A DNA stretch of 37,178 nucleotides, from contig BLSG01000329.1 in the NCBI GenBank assembly GCA_012862495.1, forward strand, positions 170,495-207,672, in the 5' to 3' direction. This DNA comes from Thraustochytrium aureum (Eukaryota). The position numbers and the translations under genes are program-made. Positions 1 to 9,806 of the stretch are shown here, piece by piece (positions within the stretch are counted from its first letter, which is position 1; every line of letters starts with the position of its first letter). A model generated the notes under the pieces. The model was given only the letters and a program-made list of their open reading frames with translations, did no database searches and was not told the DNA's origin.

Positions 1-124
1 TGGCAGTCCCGAAACGCCGCAGCCGAAAACTAGCAACCCCAATCCCCGTCACCGCCCCCGCCCCAGCCCCCTGCGCGTCAACAGCGCAGCACACGCCGCT
101 CTCTCAACCCTCACCCAGCGCCAA

Positions 125-1603
125 ATGCGCTTTTCATCGCCCTCGCTAGGGGCCGTGGCAGCCATTGCCATTGGTTTTTCACTGACTCGTCCGTCAGCCG
201 CTGAACTCTCTGGAGCCAACCGCGACCTGGTATGGAGCGACGAGTTCGACGGCCCAAGCATCGACCAATCCAAGTGGGGCTTCGACGTGTGGGGCGCGTT
301 CAAGTACAACGAAGAGCTTCAAGAATACACGGCTTCGCCACAAAACGCAGTCGTGCAAGGCGGCAACCTGGTCATCCGCGCAGTGCAAAGCGCAGGCGGC
401 AAGGTCACTTCGGCGCGACTGACAACTCGAGGCAAACTTGACTTTCGCTACGGCTACGTCGAGGTTCGCGCCGCTCTGCCCTCGTTCGAGGGGGCATGGC
501 CCGCGATCTGGATGCTGCCCACCCAGCGCAAGTTTGGCGGCTGGCCCAGGAGTGGCGAAGTCGACATCATGGAGCACGTCTCTTGCCAGCCGGGGCACGT
601 GCATAGCTCCATCCACACGGAGTCCTTTAACCACATGCTCGGCACGCAACGCTCCGGCTCTGCCAATCTGCACGCTCTTGGCGAGAAGGAGACCGATTTT
701 CACATCTACAAGCTCGAGTGGACGCCGACCATGCTGATTGCCGGTGTGGACGACCGCTCTATGTTTGCGTATCCAAGTGACGGCCGCAAAGACTCTGCGA
801 CCTGGCCTTTCGACGAAACGTTTCACCTAATCCTCAACGTTGCCGTTGGCGGGACCTGGGGCGGGTACTGCTTGGGGGGGCGCCGGCCGCAGTTTCCAGA
901 CGACGGGGTGTCCAACGTCATGCGCATCGACTACGTGCGAGTCTACTCGCCGTACGCTTCGCAGTCGTGCGGGTCGGGGGCCGCTTGTGCGGCGCCCTTT
1001 CCCCGGCACCCCGAATGCGCAGCCCGCATGGCCTGGCTCGGCGAGAATTGGGACACGATTAGTGCGGAGGCCACCGCGGCGTACAAGCAGCGAGGTGTCG
1101 ACGGCTCGGTCTGCAGCTTTCAGGCCATGCTCTCGCGCTTTGAATGGGACCGCCAATTGCATGCCTACTGCCCAGACCCGTGCGCCAGCTCGCCTGAAGC
1201 GCAGGCCCCGTCCGCTTCTGCGACCCCGGAGCCGACCATCAACCCAGGTCGTTCCCAAGCACCAACACGGGCTCCGTCGCAGAGCCCCCCCTCGCTTTCG
1301 CGCATTGGCTGCTTTCTCCGCCCAAAGCGCTTGCGCGTTCGCAACTTCAAGAAAACGTTGACCCCAAGCGTGTGCCACGCCTGGTGCGCTGGAGAGCGTG
1401 TCGACGACAACGACCCCCATCAGGCGAAAGTTCGCTTTGGCGTCACTCGCCGCAGTTTCTGTACGTGCATCGCGGAGGGCGCGATGGGACGCTGGAAAGC
1501 CGCCTCGAGCAAACTTTGCAACAAACCGTGCTCGGGGGACCCTGAGCAAACGTGCGGAGGCCAAAGGGGAGTACACGTGTGGGAGGACGTTGCCGACCCT
1601 TAA
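125..1603 (+). CDS. Secreted GH16 beta-1,3-glucanase (laminarinase-like) with Cys-rich module, Pro/Ser/Thr linker and C-terminal WSC domain
   Basis: 492-aa intronless ORF. Hydrophobic N-terminal signal; LVWSDEFDG, WPAIWMLP, catalytic WPRSGEVDIMEH (ExDxxE) and FHLILNVAVGG motifs. The C-terminus IGCF...C...C...C.C...CNKPCSGDPEQTCGG has the WSC pattern. Confidence 0.93.
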   Translation: MRFSSPSLGAVAAIAIGFSLTRPSAAELSGANRDLVWSDEFDGPSIDQSKWGFDVWGAFKYNEELQEYTASPQNAVVQGGNLVIRAVQSAGGKVTSARLTTRGKLDFRYGYVEVRAALPSFEGAWPAIWMLPTQRKFGGWPRSGEVDIMEHVSCQPGHVHSSIHTESFNHMLGTQRSGSANLHALGEKETDFHIYKLEWTPTMLIAGVDDRSMFAYPSDGRKDSATWPFDETFHLILNVAVGGTWGGYCLGGRRPQFPDDGVSNVMRIDYVRVYSPYASQSCGSGAACAAPFPRHPECAARMAWLGENWDTISAEATAAYKQRGVDGSVCSFQAMLSRFEWDRQLHAYCPDPCASSPEAQAPSASATPEPTINPGRSQAPTRAPSQSPPSLSRIGCFLRPKRLRVRNFKKTLTPSVCHAWCAGERVDDNDPHQAKVRFGVTRRSFCTCIAEGAMGRWKAASSKLCNKPCSGDPEQTCGGQRGVHVWEDVADP

Positions 1604-1690
1604 CCCTTGCTTGCTCCTCCGAGCAAAACTCGTCCTGGCCGGCCACCAATCATTTTTTTATAAATACCACCGCGCCTTTCCGGCGCTCTG

Positions 1691-3332
1691 CTACTCGGCC
1701 TGGGTCATGCTTGCCGCGAGGTGGTCGTCCGCCTTCGAAACAAACAAGGAAAGAATCCGCGCCGCGTCGAGCATCTCAGAAAGCACGCAAAACTCGTTCA
1801 CCGCGTGGTACGCTTCGCTCCGTCCAAACCCCGTGATCAAAAGGTTAAAGCCAGCCTCCTGCATCTGATAGACAAGCGGCAGCGACCCATTGACAGAGTA
1901 CGGGCGAACGCTCCCGCGGATGGACTTGAACGACTCGCACAGGCCCAAAAAGTACGGCGAGTCGATGTTGCAGGCGATCCCCGACATGCCCTCGATATCG
2001 GCGTTGCCCCACTCGAGCTCCAGCTTGCCTACCAGGCCCTCTTTGGGCAGCTCGTACTTTGACACGGGGCCGCGGTTCTCCAGCCCAGCAAATTTCGTCT
2101 TGTTCAGCTCGTCAACCTTGGCCTCGAGCCACTTGGCGACCGTGGCACACGAGTAGAACGGGGTGAGCCGGACGTCCCCGGAAACGGTGGCGGTAAGCGG
2201 GATCTGGTTCAGCCCGCCCTTGGAGCACTTCATCTGCGTCGGCTTGATCGTGCTGCACGTCGTGAACTTGTACCGCTCCTCCTCGATGTGGGCGGGGAAT
2301 TTGTTGTAGAACGCGGTCTGGATCTCTTTCAGAGCCTCGTTGACCAGCTCGATCGGGTTGATTGCGAGGTGCGGCAAACCCGAGTGGAACCGCTTCCCCG
2401 TCGCGGTGAGGTGCCACTGCAGAGCCCCCGCGGTCCCCATCTAGAATTGTGGCCGCAGCAGTTCAGCCCGAGCGGGTTCGTTAGCGCGCTCCTCCCACAA
2501 CCGCATCCGCGGGCAGATCCCGGCAGGTCGCGCGAGCGTCGCTCCGTCCAGTCAAACTTACGCAGGGTTCCGAGTCGCTCGCGTCGATCCACAAGCAGAC
2601 GCCGTTCTTGAGCTGCTCCAGGTGCCCGGCTTTCTCCAGCCCGTCTATCCCCGTGAGCGGCTTGTCTGTGGCCTCCTCGCTTGCGATGAAAACGCCAACG
2701 ACGTTCGCGGTCAGCTCGGGCTTCTTCAGGGCCAGCTGCTCGAAGAACAGGGTCACCAAGGCAATGTGGCCCAAACAGTCCGTGGTGCCGCGTCCGTACA
2801 GCTTGTCCCCGTCGCGCTGCAGCGTAAACGGGTCCCGCTCCCAGTTCTCGGGCTGCGCCGGGACAACGTCAAGATGTGACCCAATAAGGCTCACGGTTGG
2901 GCAGTCGGGGCCGGCCCCGGCATAGCGGATGATGACGTTGCTGCGGCCCTCCACGAAACTAAACGTCTCAATCTCCAGGGGTCCGCCGCTCGAGGTCGAA
3001 AACGGTTCGAGAATCTCCATCACATGCGCTACTGCCAGGTCCTCGCGTGGGACCAGCTCGGGTGGAAAGTTCTGCAGGCGCTCAGACTCGCCGATGAGCT
3101 TGCCGAGCAAGGTCAGGTACGCTTCCTCGTCGATTTCAATTCCCAGTTTATCCGGGTTCCCCATCGCCGGAAACAGGTCAAGCGTGGCTTTCGAGCCCGC
3201 AGGCCCGCTGCCGACCTCTGCTTTGCCGTCACTCTGCGGCGCAGCTGCGCTCGCCTTCTTGTGCGTGGCGCCGCTTTTGTCGTTGCCGCGCTTGGCAGCC
3301 GCCTTTGACCCGCCCTTGAATAGCTTGAACAT
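1691..3332 (-). CDS. argE: Acetylornithine deacetylase, M20 peptidase family (plant/protist ArgE-like); exons 3332-2562 and 2440-1691
   Basis: Motifs GSHLDVVPA, LYGRGTTDCLGH, FIASEE, GKRFHSG, NQIP and YHAVNEFC. Intron 2441-2561 (GTAAGT...GCTAAC...TAG) joins DSEPC to MGTAG in frame. The first ATG (MFKLFK) is at 3332. Confidence 0.9.
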
Positions 3333-3777
3333 CGCTGCTCTTTGTGCGTCCAAAAACGCCCCGACGACGACCTGCAGGCGCTGCTGGCTGGTTGGCTGGC
3401 TTGCTGGCTGGCTCGCTGCTGGAGAATGCCGATGCGGTGGTGGTGACGGTCCAGCGATCGGGGTCTGCCGGTGCTCGAATCATGATGGAGCAAATCACAA
3501 AAAACACCCCCAGAACCTCTGCGAAATTTGTGACCGGTTGAATTGGGTTTTGAACAACAACAAAAACGATGAAGGAGTGAACGAACAGTGTTGCCGGTGA
3601 TGGATGACTAGAGTACCTTAGGGTACTTACTGGCTGCTGCGCGCCAGCGTCGAGGCGGTGCGGTTGGCCACGATGAGCTTGGCCAACTCGCTGGCACTGG
3701 CATGCAAGGATGACGAGAATGCGTCGAGGAAGATCCATTTTGACCGCGCCTTCCATCCACGGCGCCGGAGCGTTCCA

Positions 3778-6700
3778 CTACGTGGAGACGCACACGTCGA
3801 ACGACGTGACTCGGCCGTTGGAGCAGCCGACGACGAGGCCGCCCTGCGGCCCGACGAGGTTTGCGAGCGCTGTTGCGCTCGTGCCAGGAAAAACCATGCT
3901 CGACACCAACTTGCCCGTCACTGGGTCGAAGACGTCGAGCGTGTTGTCTCGCGAGGCGGAGAGCACGAGCGGGTGGCCCCCTGGCGCGCGAATGACGCAG
4001 AGCGCGCTGCGCGCTGCGAGCTGCGCAAAGGTGTCGAGCGCAAAGAGCAGCACGCACCTGTCAGGGTCCCACACCCGCACCTTGTCGTATCGTGCCGTGG
4101 ACACCAGCAGCGCCACGCTGGGGCCCTCCACAGGCCGGACCCCGTCTACGCATGTGCTGTGGCCCTCGAGCACGCCTCTGCACGATCCAAGGGCCAAATC
4201 CCAGACCCGGATCGTTTTGTCGTCCGAGGCCGAGGCAGCGAGGCACATGCCTTGCGCACTGCCCAAGGTGCAAATGTCGTTCACCTTGAGCGAGTGGCCC
4301 TCCAGCGTGAAAAGCAGCTTGAAGGCCATGATGTCAAACACGCGAACGGAGCAGTCCGAGTCGGGACCCTGTTTGCCAGAGGCCGAGAGAGCCAGCAAGC
4401 TGGCTTCAGAGGCTCCAGAGATGCCTTTCTGCGCCTCGATCGACGTGATACAGCGAACCGGGTCCGAGTGCCCACGCAAGACCCCCCTCCTCTCGCGCTG
4501 AGCGACGTCAAACACGACAATGTCGTTCTCGCTTCCGTACAAGATCATCCCGTGCTGTTGCAGGCAGTGAATGCCGCCAGCCTGTCCCCCAAAGTCCCGC
4601 AACGTCAAAAGGTGGCAGCGCTTGTCCATGTCAAACAGGCCGATCGTCTCATCCCGGCCACCGGTGACAACGACGTGCCGACTTGAGCCAATTCGCAGCG
4701 AATTGATCGAGTTGATGCCGAGCGTGTGGCACTCGAGCGTACAGAAAGGCGTCCCCGTGACCGCGTCCCAGACCTTTACGGTGGTGTCTTCGCTTCCAGA
4801 AGCAATGAGCTGCTGCCCAGTCGAGGTCTCGGCCCCGCAAACGGCAGTCACCTTGCGGAGGTGCGACTTGACCCCGCTCACCTCTGGGGGCGTGCCCTTG
4901 GCCTCGTCCGCGACGCCCTGGGGCTTCTCAGTTTCGCCAACCCCAACTTCCCAGAGCTTGATATCGTTGTCGCAACCCCCCGAGGCGAGGAGATGCCTCC
5001 CGTCGTTCGTGTGCAGCGAGCACAAGGCGTGAATGCTGTTGGAGTGCCCAGTCAGAGTAATCAAGTCGCGCCCGGCCCGCGGCTCGTGGACCTTGATCGT
5101 GTTGTCGGCTGACCCGCTTGCAATCAGCGCGCGCCCGTCGGAGAGCCGCAAGCAGCACACGGACGACACCGACCCGTCGTGGTCGAGGCTGCGAACCTCT
5201 TCAAAGGAGGCAAGGTCCCAGAGCTTGAGCTTCTTGTCAAACCCGCCCGATGCAAGGAGCCGCGTTCCGTTGTCAAGTGTCGCCCCCGCAATCGCGTAAA
5301 TCGCCCCTTCGTGGGCCGCGGCCAGGACCCGCAAGCTTTGAAATCCGGCCTGAGCGTCGTACAGCGCAATGCTCCGATCGTCCGAGGCGGAGGCCACAAG
5401 CTCCTTTCCGCCCTTCATCTCAATGGCGCAGACTGCGTTGACCGGCTCAAAGTGGGCCGTCAGCGTGGCCTCCAGCTTGCCAGTCTCCGCTTGCCACACT
5501 TTGCAAGTCGCGTCGCTGGACGCAGTCACAAAGTAGACCTCGTTGCCCGACGGCCCGCCGCGCACTGAGCAGACGGCGTTCACCGAAGCAATGTGGCCCT
5601 CTTGGCCCGCGCCGCCGCCCAGCGCCCCGCTGAGCAGGCGGACCCTCTGCCACTTGTCGACAGAGTAAAAGTGCACGCTCGCGTCCACGAGCGACACGGC
5701 GAGCGTGGAAGGCTTGCCTGGCACTCGGGCAGTGCACAACGCCGTCACGATGCATGGAAAGTGCAAGGTCTTCTCTAGCCTCCCAGTGTCGACGTCCCAG
5801 ACCTTGACGTACTGGTCCTTTGACGCGGAAACAAGCAGCCGGTGCCCGTTCTTGCCCTCCAGGGAGCAAACAGACTCGACGGCGTCAGTGTGGCCTTTGA
5901 TCGTCGTCACCAGCGGCGAGTTGGCTGCGTTGAGAANNNNNNNNNNNNNNNNNNNNNNNNNNNNNNNNNNNNNNNNNNNNNNNNNNNNNNNNNNNNNNNN
6001 NNNNNNNNNNNNNNNNNNNNNNNNNNNNNNNNNNNNNNNNNNNNNNNNNNNNNNNNNNNNNNNNNNNNNNNNNNNNNNNNNNNNNNNNNNNNNNNNNNNN
6101 NNNNNNNNNNNNNNNNNNNNNNNNNNNNNNNNNNNNNNNNNNNNNNNNNNNNNNNNNNNNNNNNNNNNNNNNNNNNNNNNNNNNNNNNNNNNNNNNNNNN
6201 NNNNNNNNNNNNNNNNNNNNNNNNNNNNNNNNNNNNNNNNNNNNNNNNNNNNNNNNNNNNNNNNNNNNNNNNNNNNNNNNNNNNNNNNNNNNNNNNNNNN
6301 NNNNNNNNNNNNNNNNNNNNNNNNNNNNNNNNNNNNNNNNNNNNNNNNNNNNNCTTGAGCCATTTCTCCAAACGCCCTTCACCTCGTCAGCCTTCAAGGA
6401 GCAAACCTGCACGGTCTCGGCGTATTGCTTGTCTTGCACCGCGCTTGCATAGAGGCACGGAAGCGTCGACACGATTAGCGTGACGTGGGGAGGCAGGTTG
6501 TCCGCGTGCGGGAGCCAGCTCAGGTTGTCAGAGTCCACGAGCTGCTCCAGCGAGTCCAGGACGACGTAGAGCGGCTGCGCCGCAGTGGCCATTGGGAGAT
6601 ACTTGTTCTGAAAGAGCGTCACCAGCTTGTGAAAGTCGTCCGGGAGCTCGTGGGACTCGTTTTCCTCGTACACGCGGCCGATCTGGGCGCAGATGCTGTG

Positions 6701-8377
6701 CAACAGCATAAACGTGTCTTTGCTCGCCATCGTGGTCCCCAAGAAGCGGAGGACTACCACTGCTGTCTTCTCGAGGCCAGTGAGCGCCACTTTCGACAGG
6801 AGGGAGGTTTTCCCGGAGCCAGACGAGCCCTGGATGACCAGGCTGTTGTGCTTGGCTGCCGCGGTCTTGCAACCGTCGACGAGGGCCTCGCGTCCAATAA
6901 ACTCTCGGATCTTGGCTAGCGCGAAACGCAGGTGCTCCTGCGCCTCGTCAAAGACGTTGTCTGGTTCAAAGCTCTTGACTTTGTTGATCGAGCCCTCCGC
7001 GACCCTCGTCCACTGCGTCAGCACGTCGCGGAGGTATTTGGCATGCTCGGCGTGCTCGCGAGGGTCCAGACCGCCTTCCTTCCAGGGAACCGCGTACGTG
7101 AGGACCTCGCCGGACTGCGCCGCACGTTCAGTGATCTCGCCCTTGAGAGCCTTCAGCCGCTTGGCGGCGTCTGCGTCGCCCACATCCGCAAACCGCTTGT
7201 CCGGGACTTCGCCGCCGCCCTCCACAACCAGGTCGCGAACAATGAGCAGCGTCTCGTTCGTCCCGTTAAACCCGCGGTGCATCTCGTCTTCGGTCACAGA
7301 CTGCACAAAAGGGAGGTCCACCCTGCTCTTCGCGAGCTTGGGGTCTTCCTTGGCTAGTTTAACAGCAGCTTTGCGCAACATGGCTTGCATCGGCTCGAAG
7401 CACTCGGACCACCACTGCTTGGCACACCGGTTGAACACGTTGGGGTTGTACTGCGGTATGACCTCCTTGACAGGGCGCAGAATGTACTTTGGAGGAACCT
7501 GGTTTTTGTCGACGCGAAACCAGGTCTCGAAAAGCGGCTTCTGGGCCGGGGGGACATGGTTCATGAGAGATTCGAACAGCGCGGATTCAATTTCCGCAGG
7601 AAATGGTCGATATCCCTGCAGGCGAACAGAGTCACGCGGGAAGCGGCCCTCGGTGCGTCAGCGAGAGAGTTTGGTTTGCGACAGTGGCGGACTCGGAACG
7701 TACGTATTTATTCCCCAGGATCCCGACAAATTGAAGGCCGGCGCTCTCCTCTGTGCACCTGCGCAGTTCGTTCATGCACACAATAGACGTCTGGTGCGAC
7801 TGGCTCAGGCCGTCGTTGATTCCCCATCGCATTTCCGACAGGCAAAATTCCAGATTGCGGCTAAAAGAGGCGGGGTCAACGGGGAAAGAAGCGACCGAGG
7901 TTAGCAGCGCGTTTCTCAAACAAAACGCAGAGCGCTGGTTGTCCATTGCGGACTCAGGTCCGAAGCTCCAACTTACAGTCGAGACCGTTTCCGGAGGTAA
8001 GGGACGCAGAACGCAATGAAGGCGTCTCGCTCCCACTTGGTATCTGTAAAGGTCGAGCTCACGAAGAATCGAATCACGTTCTTGCGCCCCGTGACATCCT
8101 CCTTGCTCTTTGGGCGGCCTCGGAGGACGCGCTTCACCTGCTCTGCGTCGCGGACGTGGAGTCGTGGCGTCTTCACGGGCTCCCCGAAGAACCCTTCTTC
8201 GAAGATCTCGTCCAGGCCGTCGTCATTTGCGTTCCAGCCGGCTCCACCAGGGTGCGCTTCCTTGAACGGAAACTTTGTTGCCCGTGGGAAGATAGCATTC
8301 CGCAGCTCCTCGAGCTCGCCCTCCTGGTCAGTCCACGACTGCGCGGCCCCGGGCGAGGCCCCCGAGGCTGCAGTCAT
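3778..8377 (-). CDS. NWD1/TEP1-like STAND NTPase: DUF4062 + NACHT + long WD40 array; exons 8377-7977, 7860-7704 and 7615-(gap)-3778
   Basis: N-terminal RFFVSSTFTDTKWERD, EMRWG and spliced GNKY|GYRPFP (DUF4062-like). P-loop IQGSSGSGKTSLL, LRFLGTT and Walker B VVLDSLEQL. More than 10 WD40 repeats (GH...SAS.D..VKVWD). Introns 7861-7976 (GTAAGT..TAG) and 7616-7703 (GTACGT..CAG) restore the frame. The middle of the gene is interrupted by gap 5937-6353. Confidence 0.85.
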
Positions 8378-8681
8378 CCCCTCGACCGAGCTGCCTTCGC
8401 GTCACCTCCAGCGCCCACGCGTTCGNNNNNNNNNNNNNNNNNNNNNNNNNNNNNNNNNNNNNNNNNNNNNNNNNNNNNNNNNNNNNNNNNNNNNNNNNNN
8501 NNNNNNNNNNNNNNNNNNNNNNNNNNNNNNNNNNNNNNNNNNNNNNNNNNNNNNNNNNNNNNNNNNNNNNNNNNNNNNNNNNNNNNNNNNNNNNNNNNNN
8601 NNNNNNNNNNNNNNNNNNNNNNNNNNNNNNNNNNNNNNNNNNNNNNNNNNNNNNNNNNNNCCTGCGCGCCTCTCGCGCCGA

Positions 8682-8745
8682 CCTGCCTGCCTGCCTGCGT
8701 GCCTGCGTGCCTGCGTGCCTGCGTGCGTGCCTGCCTGCGTGCCTG
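8682..8745. repeat. (GCCT/GCGT)n compound tetranucleotide microsatellite next to an assembly gap
   Basis: cctgcctgcctgcctgcgtgcctgcgtgcctgcgtgcctgcgtgcgtgcctgcctgcgtgcctg is directly visible. Confidence 0.9.
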
Positions 8746-9004
8746 TCCGAGCCTCTGGGCGCCTGCCTGCGGCTCTCGAATGGTGTCTGGATTGATCCTG
8801 ATCCTGCGAGCGAGCAGAAAACACAGGAAAACGAAGGAAAAACCTCGCAGACATCCGTTAGATCCGTTGCGCAGCTGGATTTTCGTGCCGCTTTGGCGCT
8901 GCGTTTTTAATCGGTTTGCGCGCTGCTGTGATGAATTGGACATGCGCACAAGACTGGTGTATGTGCGGCGCTTTGGCTCCTCGAGATGAGGGCAGACCAG
9001 AGAC

Positions 9005-9103
9005 CCAACCAACCAACCAACCAAACCACCGGACGGCGGCGGCGGCGGCGACGACGGCCAGGAGTCGGCGTGCGTGCGTGCGTGCGTGCGTACGTGCGTG
9101 CGT
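9005..9103. repeat. Compound microsatellite (CCAA)n-(GGC)n-(GCGT)n in the 5' flank of the calmodulin-like gene
   Basis: Directly visible: ccaaccaaccaaccaaccaa, ggcggcggcggcggcg, gcgtgcgtgcgtgcgtgcgtgcgt. Confidence 0.9.
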
Positions 9104-9126
9104 TTGAGAGGTTGTTGCTGGGCAGG

Positions 9127-9641
9127 ATGGCGGCGGACCTGACGAAAGAGCAGATTGAGCAGTTTCGGCGCGTCTTTGACACGTTTGATAGGGACAATGG
9201 CGGCACTATTGACAAGGATGAGCTCGGCGCCGCCATGTACAGCTTGGGGAGCAACCCAACGCAGCTCGAGCTGCAGGACATGATCGAAGCCGTCGACGTT
9301 GACGGGTCGGGGACAATCGGTGAGTTGTTGTTGCAAGCACGCGCGATTGTGGTCGCGCCGCTGACGCCGAGGACTGGCCTGCCGCAGACTTCCCCGAGTT
9401 TCTCGAAATGATGGCCAACAAGCTGCAAGACTCAGACACTGCGGATGATGTGGTCGAGGCCTTGTCGCTATTCGACACGCGCAAGACGGGCTCGGTGCCG
9501 GCCTCGGTCCTCCGGCACGCCCTCCTCTCCATCGGCGAAAAGATGACCGAGGCAGAGGTCGACTTTGTCTTCGCTCGTCTGCCCAAGAGCGACCAAGGCA
9601 AGTTTTGCTCTGAGGAAATCGCAAAGATACTTCTGTCTTGA
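9127..9641 (+). CDS. Calmodulin-like protein (148 aa) with degenerate C-lobe EF hands; exons 9127-9319 and 9388-9641
   Basis: [33 protein letters not shown] and [22 protein letters not shown]. Intron 9320-9387 (GTGAGT...GCTGAC...CAG) gives [15 protein letters not shown], which aligns with calmodulin GTIDFPEFLTMMARK. Confidence 0.92.
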
Positions 9642-9806
9642 CTGCCGCTGCCGCGGGAGCCTACGCGACGCCATGGCCTTTGGAATGGCTGGGTTGCGCG
9701 TTGCGCCCCTCGAACAACGGGCAGAGGCGCCCACGCTCACCTCTTCGCACCGCTCGTTCTCCGTAGCATAACAAAATGCGTACTATCTCAGCTACTCTAG
9801 CTAGCT

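Noticed and set aside
8374..9624. ORFs spanning N-runs (also 14017-15462, 18197-20452, 20633-22675, 32543-33702)
   Set aside because: Their length is inflated by Ns and microsatellites; only the motif-supported parts were annotated.
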